Source of the DNA: Eledone cirrhosa
Taxonomy: Eukaryota
Length of the DNA stretch: 64,000 bases
NCBI GenBank assembly: GCA_964016885.1
Contig: OZ024740.1
Span: 32,736,001-32,800,000 of the forward strand
Direction: 5' to 3'
Part shown: in pieces, positions 12,261 through 24,610 of the stretch
Numbering within the stretch: position 1 is the first letter of the stretch
How the letters are laid out: every line of letters starts with the position of its first letter
Notes under the pieces: generated by a model
Databases searched by the model: none
What the model was told of the DNA's origin: nothing
The model's input: the letters and a program-made list of their open reading frames with translations, nothing else
Translations under genes and position numbers: made by a program

Positions 12261-14288
12261 ACACATATACAGAGTGTGGAAGATGAGGTGTGTGTGCGCG
12301 CGTGCGTGTGTAAAAAAACAAATATTTTTCCGCCACACACACATGTATATAATTTTCTGTAATAGTTTAACTAGTGCTGCTGCAACATACAACCTGAAAC
12401 TTCAAAACTTTGTAAAGAACACAGGTTACAAAGATGAATAAATACACAGAATCATGTAAACAATCAGGGGGGTTATTTCCTGATCACTTCCTAACACCAA
12501 TTATAAAACTGCTGAGTTAGATACTATGATCTTTCATAATTGTAAAATAGAGATTTATTAAATGTGCCAGTGTGTGTGTATGTGTGTGTGTGGGGGGGGG
12601 GGGGAGACTAGTTTAAAAACTACCAGACCTTTGTTTGGATAAATTAACTGAGTAATTTTGGCCTTATGCACCTGGAATTCTTACGTTCTTCGTACTAACT
12701 ATATTGATTAGTGAAACGACATTAAAGAGATGATATATGAAACCAGTTCAAGTTGTAATGATTAGTGAGAAAACATTTGGTGAATACTTACTTCAACTTT
12801 AAATATCCACAAATATATTGCTTATTCTACTTTTAAACACCCCCCGCCCCCCACACACACACACAATAACCATTTGATCCTATTTGTCCATCTCCAAATC
12901 AGGTTCATTCATCAATTGCTAATTGTCCTTCCTAAGTAATTACTTCCCTTTTACTAGCAATGCTACAAACTTTACCAGTAAGTAAACATAGTATCAATAG
13001 TTTTGCATCATAGTATATAGATTGAAACTATTTTACTGATTCAGATTATTTAAGAGGCTTTTCACTATATTTTCTATCAAACTCCCAAGCTAGCAACTTT
13101 CTGTGTTGCATCACATTGAAAATAATTTACAATGAATATAAGAAACACTCACAAATATTATACTTGCCCTCTAATTTTAAAAAGAAAAATTTGTAAACCT
13201 GTAATGTTTACAATATTTTCATTAACTACTAGAAGCCTTTAAGTTAAATCATTTCAAAGTAGATTCATAATAACATTGTTCATACCTCTATGTGAATCTC
13301 CCACATTATCTGTATGTGAATAAAACTATATTCATTCTTCACATATAAAAGCAATGCTTCATTCATAGTCTGATCATATTCAGACTTACTTTAGCCTTCA
13401 TACTACCTCCACCCTCTATCTGTTAACATGTCACCCGTCTAGTTTCTAAAACATATTTCCTGCCTCTTCCAATACTTGTTTCATCCTATTTACTGTCTGA
13501 AGGTAAATATTCTGTCACCATGTTTCCTGTTCACAATTTGAACATTTTCTTTAGTTCTAGACTGGCTCTGCCAGTTTGCAATGTACTGTTTCTTATAAAT
13601 ATATAAGATGTATAATACACAATAGTTAAGGCACAGTGTTCTAAAACAAATTAGATATGTAAATTCTCACTGCTTAACAAAAGACTTCAACAACTTACAC
13701 CAATTAAGATTAGATTCTATTCTGTGATTAACAAAGTGAAATATTTTTTTCAAAAATAAAAAGTTGATTTAAGAAGTGAATACATTTTTATATATATTGT
13801 AGAATGAAACAAAAAGTTTCATGCTAGTCATACAAACAATAACAAATGAATATTTGACTAAAATCAAAGTTGCTGTAAGTAAAAAATATGTAGAAACTTT
13901 CATAAAACATTAAAAAGACATAGGGGTAGAAATTGAGTAGCAGAAAACTACACAACAGCTAAAATATGGAGTAAAGGTCATAGGTAGTTAAAGAAATAAT
14001 TGTATGAAGAGCGATTCTGTCAGAAAATTATATATATTGAAACAGTGGTTAGTTTTAAAAGTATTTAATAAGTTATCAGGATAAGAGATAGGCCAAACAT
14101 ATGATTTGAAAATTCTTTAACAAAAAGCAACTCTTTTTATATATGTTATGTATAGGAACTTCAGGAAAGAGTATTGCATAAGCTTCAGTTATGCAAAGGT
14201 TGTATGATCTCTTGTTCACACTGACTTTCTCCTTTGCCCCAATGTCAGAAAGAATTATTTAACTATTGAGAAAATGTGTTTATATTAA

Positions 14289-17200
14289 AATAATAATAAT
14301 GAAATATTGTGTACAGTGCTCAGGTGCACTACAGCTCATCAAAAAGTGAATGTATAGTACATAGGGTAATGTACAAACATCAGGAAAATGAACAGTGCAT
14401 GAGTATGGTAGGGGTACATCAGGTGTAGTTTTGGCGTATTTCAGGAAGCATGAGTGTCTTAAAGGATGCAGTGTCTCGGCAGCTAACAACTGACGCAGGC
14501 AGTTTGTTCCATGCTTCAGCAACTCGGAGCGTGAAAAAATGTCTACGAAAGTCGTGGGAGCTGTGCTGTTTTCTGATTTTGTAGGCATGTCCACGTGTGT
14601 TAGACACATGGAGATCAAAAAGGTGCTCAGGGTTGCAATTGGCGAGATGGTTAATAACTTTGTGGGTATTTACCAAGTCCATTGCCAGACGTCGGAGCTT
14701 CAATGAATCCATGCCCAGGGAAGCAAAGCGTTCAGAGTATGGTAGGTGTCTGATGGAGGGTATGCGCTTGGTTGCACGTCTCTGAACAGTTTCCAGGAGG
14801 TCAATGTTCTGAGCAAGAAAGGGGTTCCAGACTGATGATGCGAATTCCAAGTGTGGTCGGACCATAGCTGTATACAGTTTTAAATAGATGGCTGCAGAGC
14901 GGCTAACAAAGGTCTTGCTGAGTGATGCCAAGACACCCTCGGCCTTCTTGACAATCTTAGAGACATGCTTTGTCCAATGCAAATTGCTGCTGACAGTAAT
15001 GCCCAGGTCACGTTCACAAGGGGACTTTTTGATATCAGTGTTGTGGAGGGAGTATGTGGACGCTGGATTTTTCCTCTCAAAATGCATGGTGGTACACTTG
15101 TCCACAGCCAGCTTCAGTTGCCAGTCTGTGATCCATTGCTGCATTGTGTCCAGGTCTGATTGTAGGAAAGAGTTGTAGATTTCAGGATCAGTCCTTTTGA
15201 TTTCAAGGTACAGCTTGATATCATCTGCATATTTCAGTACCGTGGCATTCTGTAAGTTGGCATCTATGTCATTAATATATGCCACAAACAAAAGGGGACC
15301 AAGAACAAATCCTTGTGGTACACCAGATGACATCTCATATGGTGAAGAATGCTGTCCTAGAACCGTGACTACTTCTTTTCGGCTGAGAATGAAGGATTTC
15401 AACCAGTCGAAAAGATCATCCCTCACACCCATTGCAGAGAGTTTTGCCATAAGTCTTTTGTGTGGCACAGGATTAAAAGCCTTAGCAAAGTCAAGGTAAA
15501 CAACATCCACCCATGAGCCGCTGTCAGTGATCCGGGTGATGTCTTCAAGGAACTCGATAAGCTGATCACAGCAGCTGGAGTTAGGGATAAATCCAAACTG
15601 TGAGGGCCGGATGAGGCTGTGACAGCTCCAGAAGTTCCAAAGTGTTTCTCTGACACAGGATTCCATCAGTTTGGCCATACAGCTAGTAAGACTGACTGGA
15701 TGATAGTTGACAGGTGACATGCGGTTGCCCTTTTTGAACAGGGGAATGACACTGGCAGTTTTCCACTGCTCCGGAGTAGCACCATTGTTGAGACAGTATT
15801 GAAAGAAAGAAAGAAAGCTGGCACAAAAGGAAATACCCGCCACGTTTGAGAAGCAGGTATGTAACACCATCAAGACCAGGGGAGGCATAGTTGCGCTTAT
15901 TCTTAAGGTGACGTCGCAATATTGCAGGTGTAAATTCCATAGTTGTTCTGGAATTTGATGTTAGAGATGGTGGAGATGGTACATTCTGGTTTTCAACAGT
16001 AAAAATACTTGCATAGCACTCACCAATGAGTTCTGCGCATTCTTTGGGATCGTCAGTGATCTGGCTTGTGTGGGGATTGCGAAGAGGGCCAACTGGAGAG
16101 TGAGGTCTCTGCTTTGAATGAACATATTTCCAGAACACCTTACTGTCAGGATTGGTTGCTATGCACTGTTCAAATTCAAGCACTGCCTTCTTTGTCACTT
16201 GCTTGAGATGGTTAGATTTATTCCGCTTTTTTCTGTTGGCATCTGATTTATGCAGTTTATATTCCCGTTCAGCGTTCCGACGTTCTTTCCTAGCAAGTCG
16301 GACCGCTGAAGTTTCCCAAATTGCACTTTTGGGGTGGTTTTTTTTCTGCTTACGTGGCACCGATGCTGCACACGCTATCCATATTGAGTCCAGGATGCTC
16401 TCGAGTATAGTGTTCACATCTCAAGAGTTATATATCTCATGCCAGTTTGGGCGCTGTAGCTCAGTGCAGTATAAGTTCCAATCTGCTTTCTTCCAATCTA
16501 AGCAAGCAGATTGGAGATGGCTCTGGTTTTTGTTGCTGCCCGCAAGTGCCAGATTGGCAATGATCATAGCATGATCAGAGTCACCTAGAGGTTCCTCAGT
16601 AGTACAACTGATAACCACTTCAGGAGTAGTGGTGAAGATCAGGTCCAAAGTGTTGTCACCTCTTGTTGGAGAGGTGACTACTTGTGATCAGTTTGAGTCC
16701 AGCACTAGTTCAAGGAAATTGTTTGCACCTTGTGGCCAACAAAAGGTTTCCCAATCGATCTCAGGATGATTGAAGTCACCTGCAATAAACACATAAGTGG
16801 CTGCTTTCTTGGCAGCAACTCTGAGGATATCGCAAAGCTGTGTGTCCTGATGGTAGTTTGAGGGGCGATAAACAACACCAAGCAGAAGTGTTGACATGGT
16901 CATACGTATGTCACAGAAAAAAACTTCTTCCAGTGATTCGTTCAAATCAACGCAAGAAATTACCGAAAAGTTTGAATGAACGTAGACCATCACACCACCA
17001 CCACGGCGGTCCTTGCGGAAAAGGTTGTACCCAGTAATGCTGAAAACCCCATCACAGAGTAAGGAATGTGCCCATGTTTTCGTGACTGTGATGAAGTCAG
17101 GGTCGATGCTTCTGACGTAGGAGTCAAACAGATGTATCTTGTTGCATAAACTGCGAGCATTTAAGGACAACAATTTGTACCCTGCTTGCAGTTTATGATG

Positions 17201-18085
17201 GTGTGTAGAGGGTGGCAGGTTGTTCTGGTTTAGTTTCCCAGAGTTGTAGCAGTTTTTACGTTGCCAGTTATTGTGGGTAGATCACACTCAGACCAGCTGG
17301 TATCTCTCTTCCACGTTGCACCAGCCTTGACAAACCTCCAGATCTGCCCATCATCACGCAGACTAAAACTTTCATGTTGTGCTGAGTTCCGATTCAAGGA
17401 AGCTGCAGCATGGAGCTTTGGACATACATGGGGTGGTAGGCCTGGGCGTGTTCGGAAGGTAATCCGATTTTCACGCCCAGCTTTAACAGAGGCCAGATGG
17501 TATGAGATTGCCTCAGCAGGGTCCGAAAAAGACAGCCTGATGAGTCTGGGTTTTGGACCAGGTCGACCAAGGCGGAGAGCACCCTTTGGGGGAACACAGC
17601 CTAGGTCTTTGGCTGAGCTGACAGCAAATGCCTGAAGATCAATCAGCCTTGTCCTCTGGTACCCCAATGGCAATTACTTCATGGGTAGCAGATTCCGCAT
17701 TCTTCTCAGTGTGGCCAGATACGGCAAGAGGTACAGGGAGATTCTTTAGCAAGGCATTCCGATAAGACCCCTCATTGTGGGGTCCTACCCGAATGCTTGC
17801 CTTTATTCCTGTTACTTCCCTTCTTAAAGCAGAAATCATTAGTTGCAATTCTGCAAAATCTGTACTGGTCGGTTGTTGTTGTTGTTGCTGTTGTTGTTGT
17901 TGTTGTTGCTGTTGTTGTTGGTGATGATGATGTTCCTCCACGGGAATGGTAGGGGAAGACACAACAGTCGCAGGTTGTTGGTGTCGAGATGTACTGGGAG
18001 CGGAAGACATGGGTTGTTGTTGTTTCTGATGTTCTCCCACAGGAATAGCAGCAGAAGCCAGTGTCATAGGTTTCTTTAATTCCAA
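14289..18085 (-). mobile_element. Near-full-length CR1-clade LINE (ORF1 remnant, APE endonuclease, RT), inactivated; 5' end approximate
   Basis: ORF1-like coiled coil plus IGVPE...RLG...RLIRLSF (17230-18085). EN motifs LNARSL, GDFN, SDH (16421-17173). RT motifs YLDFAKAF, GVPQG, YADD and C-terminal TRGH...FFTLRVAEAWNKLP. (ATT)n tail. Several stops and frameshifts. Confidence 0.93.
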
Positions 18086-19395
18086 AGTATAACTGGAGAG
18101 TAAGGTAATATTACATCTGGTAAAGATTTGAACTGAGTAACTGAATTACCAGTGAGGCCAATATATGCTTTAGTGGATTTAGTTGTTTATACATTGCATT
18201 GGTAAACTGCCTTTGGCTAAACAGAAATGAAAAGGCAATTACTAGGCTTGATGCAATTACAGTTATTATGTAGGGTTAAGTACTGATTTGGTTAAGATAC
18301 AATAAATGTAGGAGGTTAGGTCTGGTGGAATCAGAAATTTCAATGGTAATTTTATTAAAGTATTTTATTAATAGAAAGGAATGGAATATCCAATTCATAC
18401 ATATCCCACATGAACTAAACACTGACAGGATTATAAAGACAAGTAAACTAATCGAGTTTTTTAAATAAATTTTTCATGTATTTATCATGGTAAATTAAAT
18501 ATTGAATAAAACGTAATTTCTAACTAATAATTAACATAACAAAAGTTAATGAGAAGTCATTTTCATAATACTTTAACTTTAACTATACAGTAACAAACAT
18601 CTTAATTAAGAAAAGCTACCTTGAAAGAACTAATAAAGTATATCGTCTACAACAGATAAGATTGCAGCAATAGAGAATAAAATGAGTAGAAAGATGAAAC
18701 AATACAACTGTAGCAAAACATGTTGCTCTTTTGTATTACCTGTAAAAGATTTTGAATTGAGTAATTGATTGTTGGAAGAAATAAAATAAAAAGTGTGTGA
18801 ATGTGTTCATATTTATATATGTGCATGTACACACACATTTTAAAATAGAATCTTTTGAAATAAGGTCACAATCACTATCTCAGAAATAAGATGCTGAATA
18901 TTGAAAGGAAGAAAGACTATAATGGTTGATTTCAATAATGATTAAAATGGTTGTTTTAAGTAACACACACCCACTGCTATCTCACTGCACCTCTTGTGTA
19001 TCTAACATTCACATTGTGTGCATCATAGAGAGTTACTACCTACTCCTTTACATATCGAGCAGGGCTACTTTCTTGATGGGATTAGGGTCCTGTCTTTTTT
19101 CTTGCTTACCAAAACTTTGGTTTTTCCCAAGTTTACATATCCCAAAAAGCAAATCTAGAAAAGTTTAACATTTAAAATTAAAAATAAAAACATGACTGCG
19201 AAATCACCTTATTTAAAAATACTAAAAATAAAATACAAAATGAAAGCAAATATAATCTATTCAAACATTCAATTTCAAAGCAAAATGATTAAATTTCTTT
19301 TTTAATCATAAAATCATTTGATAAACTGAATATTTTCACAAACCATAATTGTTTTGAAAAATACCTACAAATACAACAAATATCTTAATGGATTA

Positions 19396-19577
19396 CCATA
19401 TATACTCAAATATACGCTGACCCCACTATTTTATATTGAGAAATGGGCAAAAATCCAAACCTTATTTACGTAGAATTTGAAGGTGAAAATCATCAAAATA
19501 TTGACCCCGAATATAACTGACCACAGTTTTTTTGTTTTTTTTTACCTATTTCTGGACTTATATTCAAGTATTTAAAG
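19396..19577. mobile_element. pogo/Tigger-like MITE
   Basis: TA-flanked degenerate TIRs ccatatatactcaaatata / ttatattcaagtatttaaag. Internally homologous to 39286-39919. Confidence 0.65.
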
Positions 19578-20809
19578 TAGTCAAATTAATCATAATTTTA
19601 TGAAAATTCAGGAAAATAGAGGCTATAAAATAGAGTGCTATAAAAGTGAGAGAGAGAGAGAGAGGATACAGCTGTACAGAGGATGAATAATATAAAATAT
19701 TTAGGCTTTCCTATCAATCAGATTTTTCTTTGTGTCTTCTTTTATCCAAGCAATAAATTAGATGTGCCAATAGCAGTAACATAAACTAACTCATAAATTC
19801 ATGAACTGCTTAATTAAATAACTCATTAAAATAGGTTCTGTTACTAAAATGACATTGTTTGAAATAGGATCTGTGAATGAACATAGCTAGAACAAGAACA
19901 TAGCTCATTTAGCAAGAAAAAAAAGTTTCTCGATTTGTGCAGAAAGTAACTGGATGATCTACGTCACAGAAATGTGATATTGTATGGTCATAAGACTCAA
20001 GTACTTAATATAGATTTGAGAAAACTGAAAAGAAATGAGTTAAATATGAGGCTGTTGGGTGTAAATGAAAGAGCACAAGTTATATGGACATGTGAAGTAA
20101 ATGAATAACAATTGTTAAAAGAAAAGTATCACATGCTAGCACATTATTAAATCTGGTGTGGTTCAACTCATGCACACATGAAAAAAAAAATAAAAATAAA
20201 TAAATAAATAAAAAACGAACAAAATAATTATGATGACAATACATAATTATATTGTTAATAGTGAATTTAAAGTGCAGTGTAGTTAATATTTTATTTGTAA
20301 TAAAAGAAGTGATAGAAGAAATGATATACTATTTAATTTCATCCTAAGTTCAAATTCCACTGGAGTTGACTTTGTCAACCTTCCAGCGTTTATAAAATAA
20401 GTTGTCATATTTTGGGACTCAGCATTTTTATATTTAAATGGATTTATAAAAGAAATAATCATTTACTGTTTATGAAAGATGCAGAGCAGTGGCTGGCATT
20501 TCTTAGGTATTGAAATCTGGCAGAGGCCATTTCCTATCCAGGTATGAACAAAGCTAATTTCTTCAAGAGAAAGGAGAGAGAGAAGAAGCGAGAAAGTGAA
20601 CTGGAAGATATATAAGTATGGACTCGTAACTCTTGGAGTAGCAGGCAGATCATATTGACATTTGGCATTTCTTGAACATTTCTAAACCTGGCTGAGCCCA
20701 TTTCCTCTCCCAGATCTGAACACAGCAGATTTCATCCAGAGGATAGAGCGAGAGAAGGAGAGAGACTGAGAAAAGAGAGTGAGAGAAAGGAAGTGAGAAA
20801 GAGATATAG

Positions 20810-20930
20810 AGGATAAATTGATCCCAGTACTAGATTGGTACATTTTTTTAAAGACTTTGAAAGGATGAAAGGCAAAGCTGATCCCAGATAGCAGAGAGCT
20901 GGAATGACTGCTGCAAAGCATTGTATCTGA
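20810..20930 (-). mobile_element. Degenerate SINE fragment
   Basis: Reverse complement of the ctttgcctttcatcctttc...gtacca core seen at 22530. Confidence 0.55.
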
Positions 20931-21239
20931 CATTGTAACAACTCTGCCAACCTGTTACCTAGTATGTAATATACATGTGGAGTATGAGCTAAATTAAAAA
21001 AGATCAAAAGTTGGCCATTACAAAAAGAAGTTGCTGATCTCTGATATACAGATTAAAACATTAAAATACAAAAGTAGAAGATATGGAAAACCTAAGATTT
21101 TGATTAGGTTAGGATAAAGTCAGAAATTTGAAGTCTCCTAAATAATAAAAATACAAAGACATGATTTGAATGTAGATTATTGAAACTTGTAACTAAGAAA
21201 CACTCCTGGATATCAAAGCAATAACATACTATGATATAT

Positions 21240-22433
21240 GCTGGACTCAAACTGGTCACAAGTAGTCACCTCTCCAACAAGAGGTGACAACACTTTGGAC
21301 CTGATCTTCACCACTACTCCTGAAGTGGTTATCAGTTGTACTACCGAGGAACCTCTAGGCGACTCTGATCATGCTATGATCATTGCCAATCTGGCTCTTG
21401 CGGGCAGCAACAAAAACCAGAGCCATCTCCAATCTGCTTGCTTTGATTGGAAGAAAGCAGATTGGAACTTGTACTGCACTGAGCTACAGTGCCCAAACTG
21501 GCATGAGATGTATAACTCTGGAGATGTGAACACTATACTCGAGAGCATCCTGGACTCAATATGGATAGCGTGTGCAGCATCGGTGTCACGTAAGCAGAAA
21601 AAAAAACCACCCCAAAAGTGCAATTTGGGAAACTTCAGCGGTCCGACTTGCCAGGAAAGAACGTCGGAACGCTAAACGGGAATATAAACTGCATAAATCA
21701 GATGCCAACAGAAAAAAGCGGAATAAATCTTCTAACCATCTCAAGCAAATGACAAAAAAGGCAGTGCTTGAATTTGAACAGTGCATAGCAACCAATCCTG
21801 ACAGTAAGGTGTTCTGGAAATATGTTCATTCAAAGCAAAGACCTCACTCTCCAGTTGGTCCTCTTCGCAATCCTCACACAAGCCAGATCACTGACAATCC
21901 CAAAGAATGCGCAGAACTCATTGCTGAGTGCTATGCAAGTATTTTTACTGTTGAAAACCAGAATGTACCATCTCCACCATCTCTAACATCAAATTCCATA
22001 ACAACTATGTAAACACTGGTAAACACCCACAAAGTTATTAACCATCTCGCCAACAACAACCCTGAGCACCTTTTTTATCTCCATGTGTCTAACACACGTG
22101 GACATGCTTACAAAGTCAGAAAACAGCACAGCTCCCATGACTTTCGGAAACATTTTTTCACGCTCAGAGTTGCTGAAGCATGGAACAAACTGCCTGCGTC
22201 AGTTGTTAGCTGTCGAGACACTGCATCCTTTAAAACCCTCATGCTTCCCAAAATTCACCAAAACTACACCTGATGTCCCTCTTCCATACATATGCACACA
22301 TGTATATCATGACTCATGCACTGTTCATTTTCCTGACGTTTGTACATTACCCTATGTACTATACATACACTTTTTAATGAGTGTAGTGCACCTGAGCACC
22401 ACTGTACACAATATTTCATTATTATATTATTAT
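21240..22433 (+). mobile_element. CR1-clade LINE copy, 5'-truncated, with the RT domain deleted
   Basis: Highly similar to 14289-16700 but jumps from the EN-RT linker directly to the C-terminal end at ~22010. (ATT)n tail. Confidence 0.92.
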
Positions 22434-22660
22434 AAGGGTAGTGGTTTGGCAGTATCCGTAGAGCACTGGACAACATGCTTTGCAGCATAGAGTTATGGCC
22501 TTTTAAATTCAAATCCCACTGAGGTTAGCTTTGCCTTTCATCCTTACGAGATGGATAAATAAAGCACCAGTAATGCACTGGGGTCGATTTAATCAACTTT
22601 GCCCTCCCCTTCAAATTGCCGACCTTGTACCTAATAGAAACAATTATTACTATTATTAAT
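22434..22660 (+). mobile_element. tRNA-derived SINE (second family)
   Basis: tRNA-like head (tggcagtatccgtagagc...ttcaaatccc), core gcctttcatcc...gataaa...accag, (ATT)-rich end. Resembles known octopus SINEs (recalled). Confidence 0.7.
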
Positions 22661-23309
22661 CATAAGCTAGAAAATAATTGATTTTGATATTTTAGCCGTG
22701 TTGAGGATACATAGTTTGCAGTAAATGATTTAAATTTTTAAATAATTAGTATGCTACTATTGTTAAATCTTATAGGATTTTCAGCCATTTGAACATCAGA
22801 AAAATTTTATTAAAGAAGGCTGTGACAACACAAGTGTTTGAATTAGAAATAGTAGGTAGAGTAGTGATAGCTGTAGGTTTCAATGCAACAGAATAAAGTT
22901 TGTTAATGAATAGGAGAGAATTAGAACAATAAAAGAGGAAATGTATTCATTGAATACTGATCTAAATATATACCTTTATAAAGAGAGGAAGCTATATACC
23001 AACTCAGGTGAATTAGTTTGAATAGATAAGGAGATTTTTATACAGTATTACATTAAAGGCTGTGGTGATGTCAAGAGAATAATCTGGCTTTTTTAATCAA
23101 ATGTTCAAATGGAAAAAAAGCACAATTTTTTTTTTTTTTTTCTACTTGAAAAAGGTAATTTTGCAATGTAATAGCTCAGTGAATAAATCAGTCTCTCTCT
23201 ACACTTACATCTGCTGAAAGTAGTCAGAAAGATGCCTAGAATTGACTTATGAAATTAAGTTTTGGAAAAATAAAAATTGCCAACATAAATCAATATTTTA
23301 TGTCCTAAC

Positions 23310-23630
23310 ACTCCACCCACGCATGAACATTCCGTCTCTTCACAGACACCCCTCTCCAATTGTAAAGTGGCCGTGATGGCGACATAACAAAAGGTGCCCA
23401 GCCCACACTGTAAAGTGGTTGTGTAGGTAACATGACAAAAAGTACCCAGCCCATATTATAAAGTGGTCGTGTAGATCTGGCTGGTTTTATCCAGCCATAG
23501 AAACCAAGCCAAAACCAGTTCTGTATGAGTAATACATGGTGATCGGACTTGGCTTGTCTCACAATGGGGCAACTCGTCTGATCCATGTTAGTATGGAACA
23601 ATGGACGTTAAACAGTGATGATGATGATGA
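23310..23630 (+). mobile_element. RTE 3' UTR fragment
   Basis: Repeated ccacactgtaaagtgg motif, ccagccatagaaa, (GAT)n tail. Confidence 0.75.
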
Positions 23631-24062
23631 AATCAACAATATATAAAGTAATATTAGAATTCAATTTTGTTACAATTTTCATCACTTATGTAAGTTTATC
23701 CAGTTATGTCTTTATGGCACACAGTTATAATCAAAAAGAAAAATTCAACTTTCATAGCAGCAATTTCTTCAAAATTACTTAAAATTTATAAGCAAATATT
23801 CATTCATGAAAAGATTTGAATTATTTCACCCATTTGATACATAACCACATAAAACTGTACCTGGTTTAATGATACTAACGTGTTATTTTAAGGTGTTTAT
23901 ATTTATCTTTAGAAAAAAAAAAAAAATCCCATCATAATTTTATGAAAGAATCTGTGTTATGTTCAAAACAACTTAATATCCAGAAAGTTGATAATATTAC
24001 TAAATCTGAAAAATTTTGAATCCAAAAAATTATTAGTAGTGTTTTTCATTAGAATTATGGTA

Positions 24063-24403
24063 ATCATCATCATCATCATCATTTTACGTCCGCTTTTCCT
24101 TGCTTGCAAGGGTGGTACGAGAACTGATTCTGGCTTGATTTCTACAGCTGGATGCCCTTCCTAACACCAACCTCATTTACAGAGAGTGCTGGGTGCTTTT
24201 TGCCGTGGCACCTACACGACCATTTTGCAGTGGAATGATAGGGACCCCAGTCCCTATCATCTCATTTCTACAGCTGAGTAAACTGGAGCAATGTGAAATA
24301 AAGTGTCTTGCTCAAGGAAACAACACATCACTCGGTCTGAGAATTGAACTCACAACCTTTCGATTGCAAGCCCAATGCTCTAACCACTAAGCCATGCGCC
24401 TCC
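24063..24403 (-). mobile_element. tRNA/CORE-like SINE with RTE tail (copy 2)
   Basis: Near-identical to 8088-8426. Confidence 0.88.
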
Positions 24404-24610
24404 ATGAAAGGGTTAATTGGCCAATGTAATAAATCTTAACTTTAGAATGCTTTCACTATGAATCAATATTTTCAATCCTCATTTATTACAATAACACTCT
24501 ACAATGAAATGTGTAATGAGATAGACTAAAAACAATACAGGTTAAATACTGAATAACATTATTTACTTAGATAATTTAGATCAATATTTTGGTATGACAC
24601 CTTATAGTAT

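Noticed and set aside
14419-15888. 489-aa ORF as a functional RT gene
   Set aside because: It is a fragment of CR1 ORF2 separated from the endonuclease by stops and frameshifts; its N-terminus is out-of-frame sequence.
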